Shown piece by piece: positions 1 to 10,502 of a stretch of 64,000 nucleotides of DNA (position 1 is its first letter; the number at the start of each line of letters is the position of its first letter). Where the stretch lies: positions 3,002 through 67,001 of IMG/VR virus record IMGVR_UViG_3300036546_000207; one strand, written 5' to 3'. The position numbers were made by a program, and so were the translations under genes. Below the pieces are notes generated by a model. The model did not search any database, was not told the origin of the DNA, and worked only from the letters and a program-made list of their open reading frames with translations. The stretch comes from a virus. Taxonomy: Duplodnaviria > Caudoviricetes.

Positions 1-3000
1 CTGCTGTAGCCGTTACGGCCACGGCGAATGGATTCCACCAGATCCCCTGGTCGGTTTTCGCCGCGCTTGGCAACGGACAGGAAGCGCTTGATGATCTCTT
101 GAGGCTCCAGCGGCTCCTTGTCTTCCCTGATCGTATGGGTCTGCGTCCGGTAGTCGTACTCAGCTTCGCGCAGGGTCGCAGCCTCAGTGATCTGACGTTC
201 AATACCCTGCAGCTTCGCTTCCTGCTCAGACAGCAGCATTTCAGTCTTCACCCGCGCCGTTTCGGACATCTTCGGATTGCTCAAGCGCTTACGCAGTTTC
301 TCAACCTGACCCATCGCGATCATCAGCTGACCAAAGTAGCCTGCCACCCAGTCCTGGGGCTTCTCGTTTTGGCTCAGGAACTGATTCTGAGTGCGAATGG
401 TATCGAGATTCACCTCTTGGCGTTCGCGGTTGGTGCGTGCCCGTGCGGCCGCCTCTCGCTTGGCCATGGTATCCTGCAGGCGCGTCACTGCATCAGCATC
501 GCCAATGGCATCAATCAGCGCATCCATCTGGTCACGGGACAGGCCGCCACTGATCTCAATGGTACCTTCACCACCGCCCTGCATCAGCGAGTCGATCCAC
601 GTCGCCTTGTTGCTAACCAGTGTGCGCTTGGCAGTATCGAAGGTGCCATCAGCATCGTAATGGTACACGGTGACACGCTCAGTCTTGTTACCCTGGCGCA
701 CGCCGCGTCCGTTGCGCTGCGTCAGACTGTCCGGCGTCCAGCCAATCGTCAGGTGGTGGATCGCCTGAGTGCCTTTCTGCAGGTTGATACCCACTTCTGC
801 CTTCTCGTTGGCAATGATCACCCGGTATTTATTGTCTTCACCGGCCGCATTGAAGCCATCTTGCACATCAAGGATTTCATCCGGCTTGTTGTTGCGCTGA
901 CCGGTCACGATAGCAATGGCTGACTCAGGAATGCCGGCTCGGTTCGACAACAGGCGCTTGATCTTGTTGTGCATCCCCAGCAGGTCACAGAAGATCAACT
1001 GCTTGGCAAACGGGATGCGGTTGCCTTCGGCATCAATGCCAATGGGGTTCGCCGCTTCCGCCTGCACGTTCTCCAGCATGGCCGCCAGCTTCGGCGGCAC
1101 GCTCACATCCAGCGCCACCTTAGCCCTGGATGCCATCGCCTCGAACTTGTCCTGGGTGTTGGGATCGATGCTGTCGATCAGGATATGGCCGTTTTCAATC
1201 CATGCCTTGACCGGCATCTTGTAGGTGTAGCCGATAACCTCCTTGTCGGCATTGCGAATCGCTTTAGAGCTGATCGCCTCATCTTCGGTGGCATTCGGCC
1301 CTGGACGGCTGCGCTCTTCGGTTACCTTAGCCTTGTTCCACTGATCAACCAGTGCCTGCGCCTGATCAGCCTGACTCTCCTCAATGGCATAGCGGCTGAC
1401 GCGACGATCCAGATCGGGATCAGCAATCAGCATGGTCATTTTGTTGATCAGGTTGAACGGGTGTGCGATCAGCTCCATCGGCTCACCGAAACGTTCGGAT
1501 ACGCGATTGAATGCGTCGATATCGCCCCGGTTGGTGGTCTTTTCGGCGATCTCATCAGCCGCAAAGCGGTATGCCTGCTTGTACTCCTGCAGCAGCGCAA
1601 CGGTCTCCGGCGGCAGTGCCACCTTGGCCGACACTTCGGGTGCATCAGGAATCACCAGCTGACCGCCCACGTCTTCGGCTGACTTGATGGTAGCAACCTG
1701 CTTCAAGGCGCCGGCCAGCATGCCGGTGTTGTTGAGCCCCTTGAACACGTTGATTGCCCGCACCTGGCCATCGATAGACTCGTCGTCTTCGTTTTCGATC
1801 TGGCAGGTTGCATTCATGAAAGCGTCCGCACCGGTCACGCCCACGCATAGGTCGTTGACACGGCTATGACCCACGGCCAGCGACATCATGGAGTAGATCT
1901 CCAGCGGGCTGTTGGTGATCGGAGTGGCCGTCAACAGCATGACACCATCGCCACGCGGGGAGTCACCACGGATAAACCACGCTTTTGCCTGAGCATCGAT
2001 GCCGCGCTTACTGGCCGGGCTTACAGATAGGTACTTGCCGCCTTTGAAGTCGACCGTTGCAGAGGAGTTCTTGAACACATGCGCTTCATCGACAACCAAT
2101 GAGTCAATGCCCATATCCTCCAGGTACGGCGCTGAACCGGACTTGCCACCCAGAATCGCCAATACACCCTTAGCCTTGCCCTTGGCGCGCTCGTCGTCCT
2201 TCTTCGATTCCTGCTCTGCAAATGATGAATCCACACTGCGCATGTAGGTTTCATAGGCGTTAATGGTGTCGTCGCGCAGCCGGATACGCTCAAACGCCTC
2301 CATGGTGACAAAAATCTTGCTGTGACGGTTCTCCATCACCCGCACCAGATCCTCATCGTAGTTGCCGGAGCTGACTTTGGCGTTACCCTGATCATCCACG
2401 CGCAGGCCCACAAACAGACAGTCATCGGTGCTGGTATAAGCCTTTTCGGCCTCTTTTCGCCAGTTAGACAGTACAGAGTTGGGTACCACGAACAGGGTTT
2501 TCTTCTTCACGCCAATGCTCTGCACATACTGCACAGACGCCAGCGAGGTGAAGGTTTTACCCAGACCTACGTTAAAGCCATTGATGCCCGCGAAATCACG
2601 CCCCATCTGGCGAACATATGCATTCTGATAGCCGTGCAGGACCAGATCGGGATTCATGCCAGGGATATTCAGCGGGGATTCGTCCTCAACCTGACGGAAG
2701 CGCAGCTTTTCGGGGTCGTTTGAACGGGCTTCAAGGCGATCGGTAATGCCGCGATTGGAGCGTGCCCAGCCATTGAACTGCTCGTTGGCCGTATTGACCA
2801 TCTTGCGCAATTCAGCCAAGGCGTCGGCATCCTTCATATCAAGCTTGGAGCCGCCCAGGGTGATCGTGCCGTTCTTCAGGTAGGCACCCATGCGGCGAAT
2901 CAGCTTCTCCTTGTCCGTAAGCTTGCTGCCGGGTATATCAAAGCTGATCTCCTGATCACCCGTGCTTTCGTTGAAGCTGATCACCGCACCCGGGTGGACG

Positions 3001-5252
3001 TAGCGGCGCAGGAATTCGGCCTTTTCTTCCAGCGTCACATAAGGACTGAACAGGTTGAAGCTGATCTTGCTGACATCGACCTTGTCCAGACGGCTTTCGG
3101 CAACCAGGCGCTGACGCAGCAGCTTCTGTTTAACATCTTCATTGGGCGCTTGCTGGATCTGGCTATCCAGTCGCTGCAGGAATTCGGCATAGCTGCCCGT
3201 GTAGTAGTCATCGGCACGGCATACCTGAGCCCCATCAGCTGAAATACACCAGTCATCGGATCCGTAGAAGTCGAAGTCACCGCCCATGACCGCCTTGGCT
3301 TCATCCATGGCAATGAACGTGCTCTGACGCTTGTAAACCAGACCGTCAAAGCCTGCCTGTTCGCCGATTTCACGCTGTACTTCTGACTGCACATCGCCAC
3401 GCCATACGCCGCTATAGGCACGCTTGCTGTAGTGGGCCAGCAGTTCACCAATACAGCGCTTGGGTTCGCCGCCCAGCTTGCCACTGATCTTGCGCGCCGC
3501 CGGTGCGTGCTTCTTCATTGCCTCAGACAGTGCCGGATAAGTACCCAGGAAGTCGGTTCCGCTACTACGGCCCTGCTCATCCAGCACCTGAGCTACGGCC
3601 AGACCAACAACTGACGGCGCCCAAGCAGCCTCAGCGTCACCCGTCAGCTTTTTGAATGCCGCCTGAGCGGCAGCCAGCCATGCCGGGATATCGCTGAACC
3701 GGCTCTGCTCGATCATGTGGCGATACAGTGAATCGGCCTGCTCAAAGCTGATGCCAGCCTCAAACGCACTGTAAGCATCGCGGCAGTGGTGCAGCAGGCG
3801 CGCCATTTCGCCGTTGTCGCCCACGCGCTCAAGTACGCGCCATTCACCGTTGCGCAGCTCAAGCGTCTGCCCGGCCTGAGTGATCGTATCGCCATCACGG
3901 TACTGGATCGGCAGGGTTTCAGCGGTTTCCAGCGCATCCCAGTCAACGCGCGAACCGGGGAACTTGCGCAGCATCTTGGCAATATCAGGAATGGCGGCAG
4001 GGTTCTTCACCCGGTCCACATCGCGGAACTTGTTCGGGTCCTTGGGTACGAATTCACCCAGCACAAAGCGCTTGCCTTCACCGGTAAAATACTTGCCTTC
4101 CAGGAACGGCTGCCACAGCACGTTGGCCTCGGACAGCAGGCCGGGGTTCTGTTCGCGCAGCTCCTCGATCTTTTCGGCGGCGTCACGGCTGTATTTGCGG
4201 AAGAAAATCACGTCTGTAATGGTGTCGGCATCGGCAGCACCAAACACACTGTTCGGCAGGCGATACGCGCCCAGAAACTCGGCTTTGACGCTTGCGCGCT
4301 GACGCAACTTGGCCTCGGCGCCACCCTTGCCGGACACACAGCGCGGCGGCACCACAAACGCAGCCAGACCGCCGGGCTTGAGCTTATCCAGTGAGCGCAG
4401 GATGAAGTACGCTTCCAGGGTATCGTTCTGATACTTGGGGTCGGCCAGCTGATTGCCGCCACGGTCGGCCACAGTACCAAAGGGCACGTTGCTGACCACG
4501 GCATCATAGATTTCATCCGGTGTGTTCGCGGCCACGGCCTCAAACGGGCTGATCGTGGTGCTGTAGCTGTCGCTATCATTCACCAGGGAGTTTATGCCGC
4601 CACTGGTGGCATCCAGCTCAACAGCATCCACGGCTGCATTCAGCGGCGCAGTAGCACCGAAGATTCCCACGCCCGCGCAGGGGTCAAGAATCTTGCCACC
4701 TGAGAAGCCCATCTCTTCCAGCGCGCTCCACACGCCTTCCGCAATGGGTTTAGGTGTGTAGTATTCGTAGGCGCTTCCCTTCTTGCCGTCGGCACCGATC
4801 AGCGCGCCGCCGTTACCGGTGTAGCCGGCCAGCACTTCACGGTCGGCATCGGTCAGGTCTTCGCGGGATTTTTCACCGGAGTTGATCGCATCCAGCAGGG
4901 CAATGGCAGCATTGTTCGCCTTCTGGCGCTGCCCTTTGGTGCGCTTTTCATGGAACTGGTACAAGCCAGCCGTATTGCGGCGCGGCTGCTCAAGAGGTTC
5001 TGCCGGCTCTTCATTCATCTGCAGGGCGTTAACAGCCTCGACCGGTTCGGCCTGGGCATCCAGTGCGCCCAACTGCTCGCGCAAACTCAACGCCTCCTTG
5101 ACCAACTGCAGGCGCTGGACGATATTGCCAGCCCCCGCACCCAATGCCAGCACGTCCTTACGCACCTTGGCCAGCGCGCCCACCAGGCGCAGCCGGGCCA
5201 GCATGGATTTAGCGCCGCTGCTTGCGGCGTCATCAAAGATCATATTCATCAT
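1..5252 (-). CDS. darB: DarB-like anti-restriction protein (N6-adenine methyltransferase + SNF2 helicase), 3' end outside window
   Basis: Not in the ORF track because it has no stop in the window. Manual translation from ATG 5252 gives DPCAGVG and NVPF (MTase motifs I and IV), then VGLGKT, DEAH, LLTATP, GINLQ and QRNGRGVRQG (SF2 helicase motifs). Directly downstream of darA. Confidence 0.9.
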   Translation of the reverse strand, partial: MMNMIFDDAASSGAKSMLARLRLVGALAKVRKDVLALGAGAGNIVQRLQLVKEALSLREQLGALDAQAEPVEAVNALQMNEEPAEPLEQPRRNTAGLYQFHEKRTKGQRQKANNAAIALLDAINSGEKSREDLTDADREVLAGYTGNGGALIGADGKKGSAYEYYTPKPIAEGVWSALEEMGFSGGKILDPCAGVGIFGATAPLNAAVDAVELDATSGGINSLVNDSDSYSTTISPFEAVAANTPDEIYDAVVSNVPFGTVADRGGNQLADPKYQNDTLEAYFILRSLDKLKPGGLAAFVVPPRCVSGKGGAEAKLRQRASVKAEFLGAYRLPNSVFGAADADTITDVIFFRKYSRDAAEKIEELREQNPGLLSEANVLWQPFLEGKYFTGEGKRFVLGEFVPKDPNKFRDVDRVKNPAAIPDIAKMLRKFPGSRVDWDALETAETLPIQYRDGDTITQAGQTLELRNGEWRVLERVGDNGEMARLLHHCRDAYSAFEAGISFEQADSLYRHMIEQSRFSDIPAWLAAAQAAFKKLTGDAEAAWAPSVVGLAVAQVLDEQGRSSGTDFLGTYPALSEAMKKHAPAARKISGKLGGEPKRCIGELLAHYSKRAYSGVWRGDVQSEVQREIGEQAGFDGLVYKRQSTFIAMDEAKAVMGGDFDFYGSDDWCISADGAQVCRADDYYTGSYAEFLQRLDSQIQQAPNEDVKQKLLRQRLVAESRLDKVDVSKISFNLFSPYVTLEEKAEFLRRYVHPGAVISFNESTGDQEISFDIPGSKLTDKEKLIRRMGAYLKNGTITLGGSKLDMKDADALAELRKMVNTANEQFNGWARSNRGITDRLEARSNDPEKLRFRQVEDESPLNIPGMNPDLVLHGYQNAYVRQMGRDFAGINGFNVGLGKTFTSLASVQYVQSIGVKKKTLFVVPNSVLSNWRKEAEKAYTSTDDCLFVGLRVDDQGNAKVSSGNYDEDLVRVMENRHSKIFVTMEAFERIRLRDDTINAYETYMRSVDSSFAEQESKKDDERAKGKAKGVLAILGGKSGSAPYLEDMGIDSLVVDEAHVFKNSSATVDFKGGKYLSVSPASKRGIDAQAKAWFIRGDSPRGDGVMLLTATPITNSPLEIYSMMSLAVGHSRVNDLCVGVTGADAFMNATCQIENEDDESIDGQVRAINVFKGLNNTGMLAGALKQVATIKSAEDVGGQLVIPDAPEVSAKVALPPETVALLQEYKQAYRFAADEIAEKTTNRGDIDAFNRVSERFGEPMELIAHPFNLINKMTMLIADPDLDRRVSRYAIEESQADQAQALVDQWNKAKVTEERSRPGPNATEDEAISSKAIRNADKEVIGYTYKMPVKAWIENGHILIDSIDPNTQDKFEAMASRAKVALDVSVPPKLAAMLENVQAEAANPIGIDAEGNRIPFAKQLIFCDLLGMHNKIKRLLSNRAGIPESAIAIVTGQRNNKPDEILDVQDGFNAAGEDNKYRVIIANEKAEVGINLQKGTQAIHHLTIGWTPDSLTQRNGRGVRQGNKTERVTVYHYDADGTFDTAKRTLVSNKATWIDSLMQGGGEGTIEISGGLSRDQMDALIDAIGDADAVTRLQDTMAKREAAARARTNRERQEVNLDTIRTQNQFLSQNEKPQDWVAGYFGQLMIAMGQVEKLRKRLSNPKMSETARVKTEMLLSEQEAKLQGIERQITEAATLREAEYDYRTQTHTIREDKEPLEPQEIIKRFLSVAKRGENRPGDLVESIRRGRNGYS

Positions 5253-5258
5253 TCGTCC

Positions 5259-8200
5259 TTAGAGGTTGGCAGTGGCCTGCATGACGGCATTTTGATAGGC
5301 CATAGCGGCCTGTTCGATCAGGGTTTCCATTTCGGCATCACCGGCGTTGCGACCGAAGATTTCGCCCAGCTTATCGGCGATATCGGACGCCAGCGGATCG
5401 GCAATGGTCTGATCGATGATGGACTGCAGGTAGTCGGTATCAGCTTGCTTTTCGGGCTCCACCGCTTGCTGATCAGGCTCAGTCATCGCTTCAGGCTCTA
5501 CCGGTTCTGGCTCATCAGTCACTGGGTCAGGCTCCGCCGGTGGGCTGAACATATCCAGCGAGGAGATTGCGTATTCACCTTCACCGTACTCCTTGTCCAG
5601 CTCACGGTTGGCCGCGGCAATGATCTCCTCCAGGCTGGCCTGCTGGCTGTCACCGAACATATCTACAGTCTGTCCTCGCTCTGCTTCGACGCGCAAGAAC
5701 TCAGCCATGGCACGGAAGGCCACGCCCAAGCGCTTGCTGCTGCGGTTGTTCTGGTTGATGAACAGGGCCATGGCAGCAGTGGCCGGCGGGATATCGCCGA
5801 ACAGGCCGCGTTGGTTGACCATTTCTTCGACACTGGCACCCTCGGAGCGCGCAATACGCACCAGGTTGGTAGCATCGATGATGGCCTGCACGGCCTGTTC
5901 ATTTAGTGAAACCTCGACGCTGTCCACCAGCTGAGACGCCAGCGCACCGGCACCGTCCTGATCGGCAGCTTGGGCACGGATAAACTCAGGCGCAGCTGCA
6001 TTCAGTGCATTGATCACGTTCGCTACTTCGGGCTTGCTGACATCGGCGGCCATCTCAAGCAGGCGGTCGTCGTTGTAGGCCTTGGCAAAGATCGCTGCTT
6101 GAACGCGGGATATCAGTGACGCGGTCGGAGCGCCGTCGCTTGTCAGGTACTGCGCCGCTTCGGTATCGCCCAGTGACTGCATGAAACCAGCCAGGAAGTC
6201 GCGGTTGCCAGTGGCCAGCAGATCGCCATCGTCTGACATTCGCGCAATCAAAGCCTCATCAATACGATCTGCATCAGCACGGGCCTTTTCGGTGGCGGTC
6301 ATACTCAGCTTGTCATCCTGATTGGCCTCAATGGCGAATTCACGGCGATCAATGGCGGAGGTACGCACGCGAACCAGCACCGGGGCCTTCATGCCGCGCA
6401 CCTTGTCGGCGCTCAGACCGAAGAATTCAGCTTCTTCCATCAGCCATTCGCGGTATTCATCTGCCTTGCCGGAGCGGTAGGCTTCCTGAATCGCCATGGT
6501 GCGGCCGTTACCAGATTCCACTACGCCATCAGGACCCACAATCGGTGCGCCGGTGTCGGCACGGCGGGTTTTGCCCAGGCTGTCTGGGTCGAGCTGGTTG
6601 GCAGTCTTCTTCACCCAGGCGATAGAGGCGTCACGGCCACGGTCACGCGGCTGCAGCTCTTGCGGGTAGTCTGGGTTGGGGTTGCCTGCAGAATCGTGCG
6701 AGGCGATCAGGCTATCAGCTTCAACCAGGGTAAAGCCGGTTTCGATCTGCGTACCCTTGGCTGTTTTCACCAGGTTGGTTGAGCCTTCCGGCACCAGGTC
6801 GCCCTCGGCATTTTCAGCAGCATCCTGATCGGCAACATCGCCAATTGGATAGAGCTCTGCAATAGGCGCATTCATCTGCATACCGCCCACCACAATCACC
6901 GCCGTGGTTTCATCCAGAGGGCCGCGGTAGATGCCAGTTAACGTGCCGTTGTCGTTGCGCCACTCCAGCTCATCGCCTACCTCGAAAGAGGGTCTTGCAG
7001 GCTCGCTATTGTCTGCCTTGGGTGCTTCATTGATCAGGCCTCTCAGGTAGTACGCATAATTGCTTGCGTTGACGTAAAGCCCGATGCCGCCCGTAGAAAT
7101 GGCCTGCTCGTTCTTCTCGATCTGGCCATTGATCCAATTGACCGCATCGCTCTGTTTGGCGCCACGGCCCACTACGCGGCGGGGGGTAATTTTCTTGGCG
7201 CGCAGATCCAGCAGCATCTGACGATATTCAGCAAGACTGTTCTCGATTTCAGCCAGGCTCATGCCTTGGCGTGCACCAGTATTGATTTCCTGCATATACG
7301 CATCAGGCGAAAGCGGGGAGAGGCCCATATCAACCGCTTCGGCGTACAAAGCGGCATACAGATCAGAATTATCATCCTCGCTGCCGCTCACTGCAGTTTC
7401 TGAGCTCTCTTGCTCAGCATCAACCGCCAGCGCATCCACCTCAGCCGCCAGCTCCGCCGGGGTCTTGGTCAGGTCGTCACGGATGCCATTCACCGTCATA
7501 CCTGCCACGTTGGCACCGGCGCCCACCTGAATCAGGTCAAACACCGCAGCTACACCATTCTTCGACAGGGTTTTGAAACGCTCACCTTCCCAGCCCAGTT
7601 CGCGCAGGGCGTTACGCACTTCGATCATGCGTGCCTGGAAGAAACTATCCAGCTGATCCTGAACGGCGGTCAGTGCGGCCTCATCATCCATGATCGCGGC
7701 ATAACCTTCTGGGGTTGTGGGGTCGGCCTGCTCGGTTGCAGCCTCACCAGCCGCCATCAACTCAGCCTCTAGCGCATCGCGGCGCTCTGCCAGTTGCGGC
7801 GTCAGATGCCCTGCGCTTTCTTGCTCTTGCATGATCTGCTCAGCTTCAGTGATCTGAGCAGCGGTGCCTTTTCGGCGCGCCTGTAATACAACAACGGCGC
7901 CGTGATGGTTGTAATCCGTAAGCTCTTCAATGACTGCGTTGAATGCCTTTTCATCAAGAGCGCGTACAACTTCAGGACTTACATCCCAGTTGTCGGCGCT
8001 GAAACTGATCAAATCAAGCCCGCGGCGCTGATCGTCCGGGTGCTGCTGCTTGATCACATCGCGCGGGTCTTTACCTGCTCCAACCTTCAACTCCAGAGCC
8101 TGCGCCATGCGCTGCGCTTCATCATCCGACAGGGCGTCAATGCGCCCATCTAGTTCTGCATGCGCCTTGGCAAGGCCGGCCTCGGCTTCGTCGGTACCGG

Positions 8201-9290
8201 CACTGGCAGGCTTAACCGCTTTCAGGGGCTTGGGGTCAAAATACAGATCCAGCTCGACGCCGTTTTTGGTCAGCTCATCGATGCTGATATACCCAAGTTC
8301 GCCACCCTGCCCCATATCGGCATAGCCGAAGGCCTGCTGAGTGCCGCCCTGGGCGTCCTTTTCAGTAATGAACCAGTCGGCACTGTTCTGGAAGTAATGC
8401 AGGTAGACGGTGGCATTATCGCCCTTGCCGTCCTGATCATAGGTGGCCGCCATACCTTCGATAATGGCCGCAAGCGCTTTGGCACGGTCAGCCATACCGG
8501 CACCTTCTTCACCCTCAATGGCTTCCACCATGGCGCGGTACTGGCTGCGACTCAGGAACTTGCGGAAGCTATTCAGTGCAGCCATGCCAGCCGCTTTGAC
8601 CGCCTTGTACGGGGCCATGGCGCGACTTTCAGCCTCAACCTTGGCAATCTCAATCTGGTCATGCAGGCCTGACAGTTCATATTCCAGATCGGCGATCTCA
8701 GTACGCAGACCTTCGATCATCTCCAGGCGTTCGGCACGCTTGGCGTTGGCCTTGGCAAAGGCGGCGCTGTTCTTCTGCGCCAGTTTCATGATGCGGCGCG
8801 CCACTTCACGAATCTGCAGGTCATTGCCGCGCTCAGGGGCCACCACGATGGTAATGTCCTTCTTGTTGAGTAGCCACTTCCAGCTGATCATCTCGTCATT
8901 GGGCGCGAGCTTGCCGGGGGTGTTATCCGGGTTGTGGAAATACACGGAAACCGTCTGGCCGTCCTGTAGCTCGAATACAGCCGCCACCTGGGCGACGCCG
9001 TTGCGCTTAAACGGGTCGGACACCTGCATGGCCGTCACGCCATAGCCATCAATGGCGCGATCCATGGTGCGAGACAGGATTTCCATCTTGCGCTTGAGCT
9101 TTGAAAAGGGGGTTACCAGGGCATCGAAGGCGAATTGCTCGACACCTTCTTCCTGTAGGATTTCATCAAGGGTAACGCTGTCAAACAGCAGGCCATCCTG
9201 ACTGTCATGGCGGCGCATACGGTAAAGGAGCTGATCGAGCGACAGGCCAACAGGCTCGTTCTGCTCGGTCCAGGCAACGGAGTGGTTCAT
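5259..9290 (-). CDS. darA: DarA-like internal head protein, 1343 aa, with added DUF2958-like and DdrB-like ParB domains
   Basis: N-terminal segment (FELQDGQTVSVYFHNPD...ISWKWLLNKKDITIVVAPE) is the DarA N-terminal domain. Internal LHYF..WFITE..GELGYISIDEL segment and LQPRDR..GAPIV..VESGNGR segment. Lies between hdf and darB. Confidence 0.8.
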   Translation of the reverse strand: MNHSVAWTEQNEPVGLSLDQLLYRMRRHDSQDGLLFDSVTLDEILQEEGVEQFAFDALVTPFSKLKRKMEILSRTMDRAIDGYGVTAMQVSDPFKRNGVAQVAAVFELQDGQTVSVYFHNPDNTPGKLAPNDEMISWKWLLNKKDITIVVAPERGNDLQIREVARRIMKLAQKNSAAFAKANAKRAERLEMIEGLRTEIADLEYELSGLHDQIEIAKVEAESRAMAPYKAVKAAGMAALNSFRKFLSRSQYRAMVEAIEGEEGAGMADRAKALAAIIEGMAATYDQDGKGDNATVYLHYFQNSADWFITEKDAQGGTQQAFGYADMGQGGELGYISIDELTKNGVELDLYFDPKPLKAVKPASAGTDEAEAGLAKAHAELDGRIDALSDDEAQRMAQALELKVGAGKDPRDVIKQQHPDDQRRGLDLISFSADNWDVSPEVVRALDEKAFNAVIEELTDYNHHGAVVVLQARRKGTAAQITEAEQIMQEQESAGHLTPQLAERRDALEAELMAAGEAATEQADPTTPEGYAAIMDDEAALTAVQDQLDSFFQARMIEVRNALRELGWEGERFKTLSKNGVAAVFDLIQVGAGANVAGMTVNGIRDDLTKTPAELAAEVDALAVDAEQESSETAVSGSEDDNSDLYAALYAEAVDMGLSPLSPDAYMQEINTGARQGMSLAEIENSLAEYRQMLLDLRAKKITPRRVVGRGAKQSDAVNWINGQIEKNEQAISTGGIGLYVNASNYAYYLRGLINEAPKADNSEPARPSFEVGDELEWRNDNGTLTGIYRGPLDETTAVIVVGGMQMNAPIAELYPIGDVADQDAAENAEGDLVPEGSTNLVKTAKGTQIETGFTLVEADSLIASHDSAGNPNPDYPQELQPRDRGRDASIAWVKKTANQLDPDSLGKTRRADTGAPIVGPDGVVESGNGRTMAIQEAYRSGKADEYREWLMEEAEFFGLSADKVRGMKAPVLVRVRTSAIDRREFAIEANQDDKLSMTATEKARADADRIDEALIARMSDDGDLLATGNRDFLAGFMQSLGDTEAAQYLTSDGAPTASLISRVQAAIFAKAYNDDRLLEMAADVSKPEVANVINALNAAAPEFIRAQAADQDGAGALASQLVDSVEVSLNEQAVQAIIDATNLVRIARSEGASVEEMVNQRGLFGDIPPATAAMALFINQNNRSSKRLGVAFRAMAEFLRVEAERGQTVDMFGDSQQASLEEIIAAANRELDKEYGEGEYAISSLDMFSPPAEPDPVTDEPEPVEPEAMTEPDQQAVEPEKQADTDYLQSIIDQTIADPLASDIADKLGEIFGRNAGDAEMETLIEQAAMAYQNAVMQATANL

Positions 9291-9323
9291 ACTGGCCTCA
9301 ACACGGTTGGATTGTTAAGGCCA

Positions 9324-9364
9324 ATGGTACGGGGGTAGCAAGACTCGAACGGCGGAGCTTTTCC
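9324..9364 (-). promoter_or_regulatory. Putative late promoter (GGAAA-N30-TACCAT) upstream of darA
   Basis: Same motif and spacing as at 12313, 19516, 23880 and 59653. Confidence 0.6.
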
Positions 9365-9390
9365 AGTCTACCCGCCGATCAGTTGCGGCA

Positions 9391-9867
9391 TTAAGCGGCG
9401 TTCAGTTCAGCCAGTTGCGCCTTGGCGGCTGCTACCTGAGACGCCAGTTCTTCCCGACGCTGCTGCAGGGCAACTTCCATTTTAGGAGCAGCAGTCTTGA
9501 CGCTGGACGGCAGCTTTACTTTCTGCCGGGCCAGCTTCTTTTGGAAGGCGGCGCGACCACGGTCCATGATCGCAACCATCTCCTTGATCGCCTTGGCATG
9601 GTCATCCTGATTGCGAATCGGGATCACCTTCTTGTTCAGCATGACCTGGAAGATATCGCCCGTTTCCTTGATGCGCAGCACAATGGTCTGGCTATCATTG
9701 AACACCAGGTGCAGCTCACGATAGCCCACGCCACTGGTTTTGCGGATTGTAGAGTTAACATCGACCTGGGCGACCGTGGCCCCAGCCTTCTTGAAGTGCT
9801 TGACCGCTTCACGCGCGGTCTTGTCTTTGGTGCTCAGGTCTTCAAAGTTGAACAGTAGGTTGCTCAT
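9391..9867 (-). CDS. hdf: Hdf-like protein (DarA N-terminal domain paralog)
   Basis: FNDSQTIVLRIKETGDIFQVMLNKKVIPI resembles P1 Hdf; adjacent to darA; GAGGA RBS before ATG 9867. Confidence 0.75.
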   Translation of the reverse strand: MSNLLFNFEDLSTKDKTAREAVKHFKKAGATVAQVDVNSTIRKTSGVGYRELHLVFNDSQTIVLRIKETGDIFQVMLNKKVIPIRNQDDHAKAIKEMVAIMDRGRAAFQKKLARQKVKLPSSVKTAAPKMEVALQQRREELASQVAAAKAQLAELNAA

Positions 9868-9875
9868 GGTGATCC

Positions 9876-10502
9876 TCAATGACTATGGTGATTGCTATTC
9901 CCGCCAGCATCCATAATGCTGCCGGAGGCATTTACATTGCCGTCTACTTCGACGTTACCCGAAATGGCAGCCGCCGCACCGCTGCCGCCGGAGCCAGACA
10001 TGCCGCCCTGATAGGTCAGCTTTCCCTTGACCAGCAGGTTGCCTGTGCAGGTTGTATCTGGCGAATCAATCGTTACCTTCGGTGCCTGCACGGTTAAGTG
10101 TGTCCCGGATTTGAGGAGCATGTCACTGCCTGCAATGAACTTCATCAGCGAGTCCGCCAGTAGCTCCATATTCTTGTGATGCCAGCGGCGCCAATCCTTG
10201 GAGTTGCCCACGGTCGGGTTGCGCCAGCCGGTGATCAGCGGGTATCGCGGGTCGCCCTGAATGAACTCAATCCACACCAGATCACCAGGCAATATCTCGA
10301 TCTCAGTCATGGTGGCATGGCGGGACTTATCGCCAATCGGGTACTCAATTTCGGCAATCATGCGCAGCTGCGATCCGTCCGTTTGCCCCGGAATCTCGAT
10401 CTCGCACGTTCGGCTATCCTGATTGTAGGCCGTGACCACTGCCGGCCACTTGCCATACAGCAAACCGCTACCGCTACTCACTACTGCAACCTCCCCAGCC
10501 AA
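9876..10502 (-). CDS. Baseplate spike/puncturing protein (gpV-like)
   Basis: OB-fold-like N-terminus (PGDLVWIEFIQGDPRYPLITGW), beta-strand repeats, C-terminal NHHSH metal-binding tip. Confidence 0.8.
   Translation of the reverse strand: MAGEVAVVSSGSGLLYGKWPAVVTAYNQDSRTCEIEIPGQTDGSQLRMIAEIEYPIGDKSRHATMTEIEILPGDLVWIEFIQGDPRYPLITGWRNPTVGNSKDWRRWHHKNMELLADSLMKFIAGSDMLLKSGTHLTVQAPKVTIDSPDTTCTGNLLVKGKLTYQGGMSGSGGSGAAAAISGNVEVDGNVNASGSIMDAGGNSNHHSH

Noticed and set aside
99-9045. Many long plus-strand ORFs opposite darB/darA, and similar ones opposite other genes (for example 17654..18682, 30742..31749, 37630..38784)
   Set aside because: Antisense shadows of GC-rich coding sequence; no motifs or RBS, and they fully overlap well-supported genes.
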